Below, one piece after another: positions 22,431-43,573 of a stretch of 64,000 bases of DNA. The translations under genes were made by a program, and so were the position numbers. The stretch is from Macrostomum lignano (lineage: Eukaryota): assembly GCA_002269645.1 (NCBI GenBank), contig NIVC01002916.1, positions 66,281 through 130,280 of the forward strand, read 5' to 3'. Below the pieces are notes generated by a model, which saw only the letters and a list, made by a program, of their open reading frames with translations, made no database searches and was not told where the DNA came from. Within the stretch, counting starts at the first letter, position 1; each line of letters begins with the position of its first letter.

Positions 22431-23589
22431 GCGAAACAGAATTAACAGACGGAAAATGACAGACAGAAAGCATTGACAGACTGGCTGACAGCATCTAAAA
22501 CAGGCTGTACCGCCCGAACAAGTGCACGGCGGGGATTCCGGAAGCGGTGGCATGGGTTCAAGAGGATTAAAACTTGAAAAAGCTACCCGAAAAGTACGCA
22601 GGAAATAATGCTCTGTTCTCCGGGGGGGGGGGGGGGGGGGCTAATGAGCCGGTGCCGGGACTTCTCGCTGTCCATCCCCGTTCGTGAGATCTGAGCAGCC
22701 GAGTAACTGGGCTGATCAAAGCGACTCTCGAGGCTTGAAGGCAAACTTGAGAATGGGCGAGCCTTCGGACTCACCCTCGTTAACGCCGAGGCCACTGCTG
22801 GATGCTAAAAGTCCAGCCAAAGGGATATTTCCCCATGCCCTCCTTTGTTTCCTCTCTTCCCAATGGCGTTCATTTGGGTTGAAACAAAACTCACCCCAGC
22901 TGGAGGCGTCAAGTGAGGACAAGAGGGGGGGGGCGTGCCGACCCTCAGCTTCCCTGATGAAGACGCGCGCGCACTTCATTTGCGTCCCCAACTCCGCATG
23001 TCCCCCCTTCCCACTTCCCCAATTCAGAAAGCATTTTCTTGGGCCTGCTGTTGGTCCTTTCCCGCCTTATTTTCCTGGCCAGATATTTCAGATAAATTTA
23101 TGACCCATCCAGGCGGAATTGCTCCATCAATGGGCCAACTAATACGCAGACGGAGGAGCGTCAGTTGGTGCGCATCGCAACAAGTTCGGCTCATTGGTAT
23201 AGTTCGAACAGGAGGGGGTGGGGCCTGTCGGCCTGGCCAGGGCGAATCTGAATGACAGGCAGTTAACAGGGAATTCCAATGTCACCGGGTGCTGCTGCCC
23301 AGGCCGAGACTGAGGACCGCAGGCCCAACAGAGAGGAATTTCGAGGACTACCGGAGAGAGGCCGTCGGTTCTGGGACTTGCGTGCCTCTCAACCCAAGGA
23401 GTGCCTTGCAAGCCGGAAGCTGAATACGCCTTGCAGAGCATTGGCAGCGTTTGACTGAAGCGTGGCTTTTAAAAAAAAAGAATTTCCCGGTCATCGTTTC
23501 AGTACTTTCTGTCTATGATTAAGGATACGTAATCTTTAATCAGCATGTGTGATCATTTATATGTGATTCTGTGTGATTCTGTGGGACAA

Positions 23590-24032
23590 TCTGAGTGAGT
23601 CTGAGTGAGTCTGAGGGAGTCTGAGTGAGTCTGAGTGAGTCTGAGTGAGTCTGAGGGAGTCTGAGTGAGTCTGAGTGAGTCTGAGTGAGTCTGAGTGAGT
23701 CTGAGTGAGTCTGAGTGAGTCTGAGTGAGTCTGAGTGAGTCTGAGTGAGTCTGAGTGAGTCTGAGTGAGTCTGAGTGAGTTTGAGTGAGTCTGAGGGAGT
23801 CTGAGTGAGTCTGGGTGAGTCTGAGTGAGTCTGAGTGAGTCTGAGTGAGTCTGAGTGAGTCTGAGTGAGTCTGAGTGAGTCTGAGTGAGTCTGAGTGAGT
23901 CTGAGTGAGTCTGAGTGAGTCTGAGTGAGTCTGAGTGAGTCTGAGTGAGTCTGAGTGAGTCTGAGTGAGTCTGAGTGAGTCTGAGTGAGTCTGAGTGAGT
24001 CTGAGTGAGTCTGAGTGAGTCTGAGTGAGTCT
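23590..24032. repeat. (CTGAGTGAGT)n decamer array
   Basis: Direct repetition. Confidence 0.98.
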
Positions 24033-24769
24033 GTGAGGTGTGTCTTAATCTGATTGTGCCGATTTGCGATATGTGAATTTATTGTAATGTGCATGGTGTA
24101 TGACATGTAAGCGACATGAAGACAAAAGTGCATGAAAGATTCTCTAAAGTGGCGAAACATTCGATTTCAATTCCAGCCTCCCCACATTCAGGTTCATCCA
24201 GCAAAGTGCACACTGCTAATATGAACTCACTCCATCAAGCAGCACAGGTCCGGGGGCTCCCAGACCTGTCAGAAAAGTCTGAAAAGCCCCGCAGAGCGCC
24301 CGACCTAAAATCTGGACGGCAGCTGAAATCCAACGATTTTAATTGAAAAAATAACTGAAAAAGTGCATGCTTGGCTGGGACTGCTCCCTCTCCAGATACC
24401 TAGCCTAGAGCTCCATGGCCAGAACCATGTGGCCCAGCTGCGGGGTGTCGCTCCATCACCGCCCAGGCTTGACTAGCCGAGTGCAGTGGTCGCTGGCCCA
24501 GGATGCATTGCTTACGGTGCCCGAAATGGAAGTTTTGTGTCGCCCGCCCCGGTTGGCCGCAGCTTTATAATTTAAATTACAGCATATAGCATTCCACAGT
24601 GTCATCCCAAGCTAAGATAGAAGGGCTTGAGGCGCACTGAAATTCGGTGGAGTGCGAAATCAGCTTGCAAGAGCAGTGCACGAGTGCACCATTGATTGGT
24701 TGAAGCTGCCAAGGGTTTCAGTGTGTCTAAAATGCCTATTCAGAGGCGGAAGACCGAGAAGACCGGAAA

Positions 24770-25225
24770 AAAGGAGAGAGGAAAGGGGAGAAAGGGGAAA
24801 GGGCAGAGAAGAGAGGGGAGAGGGGAGAGGAGAGAGGAGAGGACAGAGGGGAGAGGAGAGAGGGAGAGAGGTTGAGAGAGGGGACTAGAAGAAAGGAGAG
24901 ATGGGAGAGGGGAGAGGAGAGGAGAGAGAGGAGAGGAGAGAGGGGAGAGGAGAGGAGAGAGAGGAGAGGAGAGAGGGGAGAGGAGAGAGGGAGAGGAGAG
25001 AGGAGAGAGGAGAGAGGAGAGAGGGGAGAGGAGAGAGGGGAGAGGAGAGAGGGGAGATGGGAGAGGAGAGGAGAGAGAGGAGAGGAGAGAGGGGAGAGGA
25101 GAGAGGGGAGAGGAGAGAGGGGAGAGGAGAGAGGGGAGAGGAGAGAGGGAGAGGAGAGAGGGGAGAGGAGAGAGGGGAGAGGAGAGAGGGGAGAGGAGAG
25201 AGGGGAGAGGAGAGGGAGAGGTGAA
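24770..25225. repeat. Polypurine (GGAGA/GAGGG) low-complexity tract
   Basis: Almost exclusively A/G on the + strand. Confidence 0.95.
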
Positions 25226-26149
25226 GAGAGAGGCGGGCATAGGGAGGCGAGAAGAGGCAGGGAGCGGAGGAGGAGAGCAGGCAGGAGGGACAGCTGCGGA
25301 GATGTCCAGCTGGAGGCGCACAGAAACTGAGAGTGGCGCACTGGCTGCCAGCCCGGCACACTTGGCATTGATCCGCCCAGGCCCTGCATTCTGTCTGCCT
25401 ATCTGAGTTCAGCGATGCTTCCACAGGAAGAAGATTCAGAAAAGAGACGGGGGCTCAGCGCTGTGCACCTTAAGTGGCGCAGCCGCCCCCGCCGCCCTAT
25501 CCTGGATATCGACCCCCCCCTCTCTCGGTCGGTCTGAAGTTTTCGCAGCACCTTCACAGGACGCTTCGACAGAAGAAAGAAAGTCGCGATTTCCAGGTCG
25601 CGGTTCTTTGGAGTATTCGATTGGAAAAGGAAAGTGGAGAGAAAGTGGGGGAGAAGGGCAGAAGTGGTATCGGGGCGGGGACTGGCGGTGTGGGTGAGCA
25701 GGGCCATATTGCAGAGCTGGGAACTGAGCTGATTGCCTCAGACCTTCACTGGCGCGGATGCGGGCAGCTCAGGATGGGAGAGGTTATTGAAATTACGGAG
25801 CTGCTTCATCCCAGAGAGCGGCTTTGGCGAAAACTTGCCAACACAGGGGGGGGGGCAGGGGGGGGCTGCGACCCCGCCACCAGCCAGCGAGCTGATTTGC
25901 GTCGGCTGAGAAAAGCCCAGCGCCGAGATCGGCTATCATTCCAGCCGCCTGCTTCTGCTCGTCAGCGGCGATGAAGTGCGAGGGGGAGAGGCTGGGATCG
26001 GTGGGCACGGGTGCACTATTCCGAAGCGATAATTTCAGCCTGGCTTATTTCTGCCAGCTATCTAGTGTGGTAGGGCGTGGGCGGAGCAGCAAGCCATTGC
26101 CGGCTGCGGCTTCGGGGAGAGACGGAGATGAGGAAGAGAGAGGAGAGTT

Positions 26150-26680
26150 GGAAGATGAAGGCGAGAGGGAGAAACACTGAAGAGAGGGAGAGCAGAGAGA
26201 GGAATAGAGCGGAGGTGAAGAGTAGGAGGAGAAGGAGAAGAGTAGAGGGGAGATGGAGAGGGAGACAGAGGGAGAGGGAGACAGAGGGAGAGGGAGACAG
26301 GGGGAGAGGGAGACAGGGGGGAGGGAGACAGAGGGAGAGGGAGACAGGGGGAGAGGGAGACAGGGGGAGGGAGACAGAGGGAGAGGGAGACAGGGGGAGA
26401 GGGAGACAGGGCGAGAGGGAGACAGGGCGAGAGGGAGACAGGGGGAGAGGGAGACAGGGGGAGAGGGAGACAGGGGAGGGAGACAGAGGGAGACAGAGGG
26501 AGAGGGAGACAGGGGAGAGGGAGACAGGGCGAGAGGGAGACAGGGGGAGAGGGAGACAGGGGGAGAGGGAGACAGGCGGGAGGGAGGCAGTGGGAGAGGG
26601 AGACAGGGGGAGAGGGAGACAGGTGAAAAGGATCGAGGAGTCGAGGGGGTGGAGAGGGAGAGGGGAAGACAGCAACCAAC
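26150..26680. repeat. Polypurine GAGGGAGACAGGGG-type array
   Basis: Direct repetition. Confidence 0.95.
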
Positions 26681-27714
26681 AGAGAGAGACAATGCGCAGT
26701 GCAGGAGGCGCCAGTGCGGGCTGAACTCCCCAGCTTCATTTTCACTTTCAATTGGAATTTGTCAAGCCTGAAAACCGGACCAGCTGGCCTTCGAAGGACA
26801 GGCAGATGGCCTTTGAGTGACGGGTTTTTTCCAGTTCCCGCGAAACTCGCCAGCAGCTGGCGCCCATCGGGACAACAGTCGCACTTTTAGATTAATTAAT
26901 AATTAATTGATTTGTTTGAATTGCGCAAACTGCTTTCCGTTTTAAGGTCCGTTGCCACTTAATTTTGTGACTAATGCAATCTTCGCATTGCAAATTCATG
27001 TAAATCACTGCGATAGTCTTCAAGCAGAGGGACAGATATTTGCTTTAATGATTTTTCTGCTTGTAGAAATTGCTTCTAGAAGTAGGCTAACAAAGATGGG
27101 ATGTTGGCACGAGTGAATGGGAGAATCTCTGGAGCAGAGAGGAGCGATAGAGGGAGCGCGGAGCAGGCAAGACATGAAATTTGACACCCCGGTGCTCCCA
27201 GGGTGTCTCGGGATGAGGCTGGCTGGGCGAGCTGTTCGGGGATTCCTTCATCTCTGCGCTGCATGCTTGGCAATCAGGCTGTCAAATGTCGGAATGTACT
27301 TTAACTGGCCAAGGATAAGCTGAAGGTGCAACGCACTTATTTTTGAGCACGAGCCCAGAATTACTCATAATGCGGCCCGGCACGGCAGCGAACCCGTGTA
27401 ATGAAAAGCGCCTTAGCTGGCGGGAGATGGCGGGACGGAGAGTGAGGCTGAGGCTAAAGAAATAAGCGGCAGGTGCGCTGCAAAACACTTCTTCTACCTT
27501 CTTCTTGAGGAACCCCGACTCTCAGAACTGCATATGAGGCGTGTTTTTGCACTGCCGCTGTCATATTTCAAAGAATCAATAGGACAGGATGGGGAGATGC
27601 GCACGGCTGTCTGAATACCTGTTGAATGCAGGTAGTATTGGGGCAGCAGTGAGTGGATGGGAACAGTTGGATTGTAGGAAGGGGGAGAGAGAGCGATAGA
27701 CAAGGAGTTATGAA

Positions 27715-29005
27715 GGAAGATCGGAGAGGCTGGGAGGGAAGATAGGGGGGATAAGGGAGATCGGGGAGGCTGGGAGGGAAGATAGGGGGGATAAGGGAGA
27801 TCGGGGAGGCTGGGAGGGAAGATAGGGGAGATAAGGGAGATCGGGGAGGCTGGGAGGGAAGATAGGGGAGATAAGGGAGATCGGGGAGGCTGGGAGGGAA
27901 GATAGGGGGAGATAAGGGAGATCGGGGAGGCTGGGAGGGAAGATAGGGGAGATAAGGGAGATCGGGGAGGCTGGGAGGGAAGATAGGGGGAGATAAGGGA
28001 GATCGGAGGGCTGATAAGGAAGATAGGGGAGATAAGGGAGATAGGGGAGATAAGGGAGATCGGGAGGCTGGGAGGGAAGATAGGGGAGATAAGGGAATCG
28101 GGGAGGCTGGGAGGCTGGGAGGGAAGATAGGGGGAGATAAGGGAGATCGGAGGGCTGATAAGGAAGATAGGGGAGATAAGGGAGATCGGGGAGGCTGGTA
28201 GGGAAGATAGGGGAGATAAGGGAGATCGGAGGGCTGATAAGGAAGATAGGGGAGATAAGGGAGATCGGGGAGGCTGGGAAGGAAGATAGGAGAGATAAGG
28301 GAGATCGGGGAGGCTGGGAGGAAAGATAGGAGAGATAAGGGAAATCGGGGAGGCTGGTAGGGAAGATAGGGAAGATAAGGGAGATCGGAGAGGCTGGGAG
28401 GGAAGATAGGGGAGATAAGGGAGATCGGGGAGGCTGGGAGGGAAGATAGGGGGAGATAAGGGAGATCGGGGAGGCTGGGAGGGAAGATAGGGGGAGATAA
28501 GGGAGATCGGGAAGGCTGGGAGGGAAGATAGGGGAGATAAGGGAGATCGGGGAGGCTGGGAGGGAAGATAGGGGAGATAAGGGAGATCGGAGGGCTGATA
28601 AGGAAGATAGGGGAGATAAGGGAGATCGGGGAGGCTGGTAGGGAAGATAGGGGAGATAAGGGAGATCGGAGGGCTGATAAGGAAGATAGGGGAGATAAGG
28701 GAGATCGGAGGGCTGATAAGGAAGATAGGGGAGATAAGGGAGATCGGGGAGGCTGGGAGGGAAGATAGGGAAGATAAGGGAGATCGGGGAGGCTGGGAGG
28801 GAAGATAGGGGGAGATAAGGGAGATCGGGGAGGCTGGGAGGGAAGATAGGGGGAGATAAGGGAGATCGGGGAGGCTGGGAGGGAAGATAGGAGAGATAAG
28901 GGAGATCGGGGAGGCTGGGAGGGCAGATAGGGGGAGATAAGGGAGATCGGGGAGGCTGGGAGGGAAGATAGGGGGAGATAAGGGAGATCGGAGGGCTGAT
29001 AAGGA
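27715..29005. repeat. 39-40 bp purine-rich minisatellite (GGGAGATCGGGGAGGCTGGGAGGGAAGATAGGGGAGATAA)
   Basis: Direct repetition. Confidence 0.95.
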
Positions 29006-30084
29006 ATATAGTGGGTCTGGAAGGAGATCGAAAACAAAATCGGCGGGCAGAAGACTTTGAACTATGAAGAAAATCAAGATTATCGCAAAAAAGCAGAGGT
29101 CCATACTGGCTTGCGTGGATGTGCTCCCAACACATGGGACGGGGGAGCATGAATCCATGGAGGCGGACAGGTAGGCCGCTGACGGAATTAATGGATGGAC
29201 AGGTTTGTCTTGAAACACACATGTCGGAGGAAATGAAATAAACTAATGAAAAAACTGGGACCTGACGGTCTTGGGGATTTTAGTGGCGTGATGGAGCAGG
29301 CCAGTAGCCGGCAGCGCAGCCGCCTTACCCTGTACTGGTTGGTGGCCTCGATGCGATGCCCGCGCTCTCCTAGCAGTCGATTGCCTGCAGCTCAGACAGA
29401 AGAGACGCTGGCGTGAGAGCGGCAGATTTCCAGCTTCCCAGGGGGAATCGCGCAGCAGCAGACGGGCAGCTTTCCCACAAGGCCTTTTATTCACTCCCTG
29501 CCTTATCTCGCCCTTGCACGCCAGTTTTCTAGCCCCAGCCAATCACAGGGCCGCGACCTTCAGTCCGCTGAGCTATTTTTAGCTACAGATGGTTGCCCCG
29601 CCCTCTTCAGCCAATCGTCCGTCTCGGCCCAGTATTCAGCAGAATGCCTGCTCCACCAAGGCATCCTTTTTAACTCATGCGCGTGGGCGGCTGCAAGCTT
29701 TGCAACAATGATATTATCGCTCATTAATTGATCGCCCATTAAGGCCGACCAGTGAAACTGATGCCTAATCTTCTAATTGGAGTAGATCCGAGCCAAAGAG
29801 CCAAAGAGATTTAACTAAGGCTTGCTTGAGACAGAATTCTGGCGCTTATTCTTCATCACAAACCAGTGCCTGACTCAGGTGAGCTGGGACCATTGCTATC
29901 TTTCACAATGGACCACGCGATCTCCACCGGGCACAGGTTCAAGAGCTAGTTAATGAGCTGAAAATTTATTGGCGGGTTGCTCGTTTAGCAAACTGATAAC
30001 GAATAAAGCCCTTTTTACTTGTATGGCAACTTTGAGCTGACTCGCGTCTTCAACTCTTCTCCATTCACCCATTGATCGCCTTAA

Positions 30085-31000
30085 CTCCCTCATTCACGCT
30101 CCCTCATTCACTCTTCCTCATTCACTCTCCCTCATTCACTCTCCCTCATTCACGCTCCCTCATTCTCTCCCTCATTCACTCTCCCTCATTCACGCTCCCT
30201 CATTCACTTTACCTCATTCACGCTCCCTCATTCACGCTCCCTCATTCACGCTCCCTCATTCACGCTCCCTCATTCACGCTCCCTCATTCACTTTACCTCA
30301 TTCACTCTCCCTCATTCACTCTCCCTCATTCACGCTCCCTCATTCACTCTCCCTCATTCACGCTCCCTCATTCTCTCCCTCATTCACTCTGCCTCATTCA
30401 CGCTCCCTCATTCACTTTACCTCATTCACGCTCCCTCATTCACGCTCCCTCATCACGCTCCCTCATTCTCTCCCTCATTCACGCTCCCTTATTCACTCTC
30501 CCTCATTCACGCTCCCTCATTCACTCTCCCTCATTGACCATATCTCTCACTCCCTCATTGACCATATCTCACTCACTCCCTCATTGACCATATCTCACTC
30601 ACTCCCTCATTGACCACATCTCACTCACTCCCTCATTGACCACATCTCATTCACTCCCTCATTGACCACATCTCACTCACTCCCTCATTGACCACATCTC
30701 ATTCACTCCCTCATTGACCACATCTCATTCACTCCCTCATTGACCACATCTCATTCACTCCCTCATTGACCACATCTCATTCACTCCCTCATTGACCATA
30801 TCTCATTCACTCCCTCATTGACCACATCTCATTCACTCCCTCATTGACCACATCTCATTCACTCCCTCATTGACCACATCTCATTCACTCCCTCATTGAC
30901 CACATCTCATTCACTCCCTCATTGACCATATCTCACTCACTCCCTCATTGACCACATCTCATTCACTCCCTCATTGACCATATCTCATTCACTCCACCTC
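30085..31000. repeat. 14-bp (CTCATTCACGCTCC) array grading into a ~26-bp array (CTCATTGACCACATCTCATTCACTCC)
   Basis: Direct repetition. Confidence 0.95.
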
Positions 31001-31696
31001 ACTCCCCTTGATTAAATCTCACTCGGCTTACATGTACTCTCAGGTTGTTTACAAGAAACTCTTCACTAAAATTTTATGTTGTGATAATGTTATTGGCGCA
31101 ACATATCGGGAGGTGAGAACAGTCTCAGAAATATACCTCATCAAGAGTCGGCATGAGCAGTGACTTTAGTGTTCATTAAAGACGGCGGTGATGAATTTGG
31201 AGCAGCACTTTGCCCCAGTCTGACGCAAGTTAAGCAAAGCAGGACAAGTGCTCGTTCTAAAAATTGAACTCGTAAATATTTTTGAAGCCGAACAAAAATA
31301 GTTCTGTCGATCTGGCGCGAACTTCCCAAGCCCTGAAAAGTAGCAGAAGAAGCCATTGGGGAGCTCTGGGCTATGAATAGCCAGCAGGCTCTCTCGGCCT
31401 TTGCGCCAACTCCGCTCCACTCTGCCTGCTGAATTGTTTCTGGCGCATGCAGCCCTTGTAGTAACCTGCTGACTGACAGGACTAGCAAGCGCACGCATCT
31501 TATTGTAGGAGGGTAGATAGGTGGGTGGGCTGAGAGGGACTCAGAGATTGAAATGGAGACAGAGAGCTCGAAAGGGATCAGACTGAGAGAATAAGAGGGA
31601 GATAGAGAGACTGAGAGACCAAGGGAGATTCAAGAAAGAGGGTCAGAGGGGAGGGAGATAGAAGCAGAGGCAACAGAACAACAGAAGCAAAAATGT

Positions 31697-32264
31697 TAGG
31701 TAGGTAGGTAGGTAGGTAGGTAGGTAGGTAGGTAGGTAGGTAGGTAGGTAGGTAGGTAGGTAGGTAGGTAGTGTGGCGGCTGGTGCTGCCGATCGCGTAG
31801 TCTGGCCGCCACAGTAGGTTGGTTGGTTGGTAGGTAGATAGGTAGGCAGGCAGGCAGGTAGGCAGGTAGGCAGGCAGGTAGTAAGGCAGGTAGGTATAGG
31901 TAGGTAGGTAGGCAGGTAGGTAGGCAGGTAGGTAGGTAGGTAGGCAGACAGGCAGGTAGGTAGGTAGATAGATAGGTAGGTAGGTAGGTAGGTAGGTTAG
32001 GTAGGTTGGTTGGTTGGTAGGTAGGTAGGTAGGTAGGTAGGTAGGTAGGTAGGTAGGTAGGCAGGTAGGCAGGTAGGCTGGTAGGCAGGCAGGCAGGCAG
32101 GCAGGCAGGTAGGCAGGCAGGCAGGTAGGCAGGCAGGTAGGCAGGCAGGCAGGCAGGCAGGCAGGTAGGCAGGCAGGCAGGTAGGTAGGCAGGCAGGCAG
32201 GCAGGCAGGCAGGCAAGCAGGCAGGCAGGCAGGCAAGCAGGCAGGCAGGTAGGCAGGTAGGTAC
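31697..32264. repeat. (GGTA)n/(GGCA)n compound microsatellite
   Basis: Direct repetition. Confidence 0.95.
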
Positions 32265-33134
32265 TCAAATAAAGTTAAGCTGCTAGGTTCGCTAAGATGA
32301 GATGCAGGTATCAGGCTTGCAAGAATATTTCTAACGTGCCCCAATGCAAATTAACAATGCAATTGTGATGACTAAGCCACATTTTATTTAGCAGAGATAC
32401 GCTAGTATTTACCCGCAGCTACTCACGGGAACTGTTACTCGAGTAGTGCATAAAGCATTGGTATATTTATCGGCATGGCTGAATTTTGCGATTGCGCGAT
32501 GAGCAGAAGCGCGAGACTAGCAGCTAATGCAAGCAGACGGGATCACAATAAAGCACTGCTGTGGCTCTCTAAACAAGACGGCGGCATAGAGTGCAGCAAG
32601 AAGCCGCTGTAAGAAATACTGGAATATTGAGCCAAATCGGAGGCTCCGACCAGCTTGTAGGGGCAATTTGCTCAGCAAAAACTGCGTTCTGGGAATTTCA
32701 ATTAGACAAAATTGGGAAAACGAAATCAGAAATATTTTAAATATAAAAAATCGATGGGCGCTGGTAAAAACATAAACACATTTGCTAAAGTACAAAGTGC
32801 ACTGCCTATTGCTGGAAGCTGTATCGCATTCCCTGGGGAAAAATACGCAGGGCAATCGGAGAGAAGCAGACCAAGCAAAATTATACTGCTTTGTAAACAG
32901 GAAATAATTATTGCACAAAATAGCTAGAAACACTCAACTGTGGAGACTTTAAGTAGAGACCAGTGCCGATGCACAGATAGTGATGCAGGAGATGCAGGGA
33001 GGCTGAGCTATTGGAATGAAAGAGGAGCTAACGTGAGATAAGGGGAGTGATAGGAAGGCGAAATAACTGACGGACTGCCAGGAGGGACACAGAAACTAAA
33101 GAGGGAGACAGAGTCGAAGAGAGAGACAAAAGAA

Positions 33135-33455
33135 GCGGAACAGCAGAAAAACAGCAGAAGCAGAATAAAAGCAGAGCAGCAGAAAAACAGAAGCAGAACA
33201 ACAGAAGAACAGCAGAACAGCAGCAGCAGAACAACAGAAGAACAGCAGAACAGCAGAAGCAGAACAACAGAAGCAGAACAGCAGAAGAACAGCAGAAGAA
33301 CAGCAGAAGCAGAACAGCAGAACAGCAGAAGCAGAATAGCAGAAGCAAAACAGCAGAAGAACAGCAGAACAGCAGAAGCAGAAGAACAGCAGAACAGCAG
33401 AAGCAGAACAGCAGAACAGCAGAAGCAGAACAGAAGCAGAGCAGCAGAAGCAAAA
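33135..33455. repeat. CAGAA/CAGCAGAA low-complexity repeat
   Basis: Direct repetition. Confidence 0.9.
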
Positions 33456-34044
33456 CAGGGATTTGTCTCACAGATAACAAGCCGTTCACGCAGACGGGCA
33501 GACTCCAACAGTGGGTTGGGTGATTCGGAGTTACCAGAATCAAAGCGCGCACAGAAAATCGCAAAATGATCACAAAATGCGCTTTACCATGGGAGAAAAT
33601 GGATACGGGGTATTGCGCACATAATATCACAACTTAACACTGACTAAATTGCTTTAGACGTACTATGGAATCTAACAGTGCATGTAAGAAAACAAATAAT
33701 AACGGCACATACAATGCGATTAGCACTACTGAAGACAAGTAGTCAGACTAGTATCAGGCGGTACAAAACAAAACCAAATATAGATAATTACTTAGAGATT
33801 TAGTATATTTAGATTAGCAAGCTTATTAAAATATACACATTGAACGGGGGTTGGATAGATCTGTGGAAGAGCAACGGAAATTGAACAAGCTTTGCTGCAA
33901 TAACAGCTGCGTCTGCTAGGGGCAGAAATCCTTAAATAATACATTGAAGTCATCTAGCATAAGCAAAGCGAAGCAAACAGCTGAAATTTTTTTTGCAAAA
34001 ATTATAATTTTGAGTTTGATCCTGAAAACAGGATAGGGATCGGA

Positions 34045-34770
34045 GCGGAATGGTACAGGGGGCGGAATGGTACAGGGGCGGAATGGTACAGGGGGCGGAA
34101 TGGTACAGGGGGAGGAATGGTACGGGGGGTGGAATGGTACAGGTGCGGAATGGTACAGGGGGGCGGCGGAATGATACAGGGGGCGGAATGGTACAGGGGC
34201 GGAATGGTACAGGGGGTGGAATGGTACAGGTGCGGAATGGTACAGGGGGGCGGCGGAATGGTACAGGGGGGCGGCGGAATGGTACAGGGGGCGGAATGGT
34301 ACAGGGGCGGAATGGTACAGGGGGCGGAATGGTACAGGGGGCGGAATGGTACAGGGGGCGTAATGGTACAGGGGGCGGAATGGTACAGGGGGCGGAATGG
34401 TACAGGGGGCGGAATGGTACAGGGGGCGGAATGGTACAGGGGCGGAATGGTACAGGGGGCGGAATGGTACAGGGGGCGGAATGGTACAGGGGGCTGAATG
34501 GTACAGGGGCTGAATGGTACAGGGGGCGGAATGGTACAGGGGGCGGAATGGTACAGGGTGCGGAATGGTACATGGGGCGGAATGGTACAGGCAGCGGAAT
34601 GGTACAGGGGGGCGGAATTGTACAGGGGGTGGAATGGTACAGGGGGCGGAATGGTACAGGGGGCGGAATGGTACAGGGGGCGGAATGGTACAGGGGGCGG
34701 AATGGTACAGGGGGCGGAATGGTACAGGGGGCGGAATGGTACAGGGGGCGGAATGGTACAGGGGGCGGAA
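34045..34770. repeat. 16-18 bp G-rich repeat (GGAATGGTACAGGGGGC)
   Basis: Direct repetition. Confidence 0.95.
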
Positions 34771-34799
34771 TCAAGGGAATAGGGAGCGAGTTATGATAG

Positions 34800-35239
34800 G
34801 GGTATCAGATTGGTAAATAGGCATCAGATTGGTGAGTGGGTATCAGATTGGTGAATGGGCATCAGATTGGTGAATGGGCATCAGATTGGTGAATGGGCAT
34901 CAGATTGGTGAATGGGCATCAGATTGGTGAATGGGCATCAGATTGGTGAATGGGCATCAGATTGGTGAATGGGCATCAGATTGGTGAATGGGCATCAGAT
35001 TGGTGAATGGGCATCAGATTGGTGAATGGGCATCAGATTGGTGAATGGGCATCAGATTGGTGAATGGGCATCAGATTGGTGAATGGGCATCAGATTGGTG
35101 AATGGGCATCAGATTGGTGAATGGGCATCAGATTGGTGAATGGGCATCAGATTGGTGAATGGGCATCAGATTGGTGAATGGGCATCAGATTGGTGAATGG
35201 GCATCAGATTGGTGAATGGGCATCAGATTGGTGAATGGG
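34800..35239. repeat. Near-perfect 19-bp repeat (GGGCATCAGATTGGTGAAT) abutting the DYRK stop codon
   Basis: Direct repetition. Confidence 0.98.
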
Positions 35240-35243
35240 AAAC

Positions 35244-43573
<8,330 letters not shown>

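Noticed and set aside
25474-25974. 166-aa plus-strand ORF
   Set aside because: No recognisable domain or splice context, and neighbouring genes and repeat skew point to minus-strand transcription.
13477-34816. Very long ORFs such as poly-(YSILF), (HHVTL), (GSGDQWVR), (LSPIFPPSLP), (SQIPQ)
   Set aside because: They are translations of stop-free simple repeats, open in several frames on both strands, and lie in introns or spacers.
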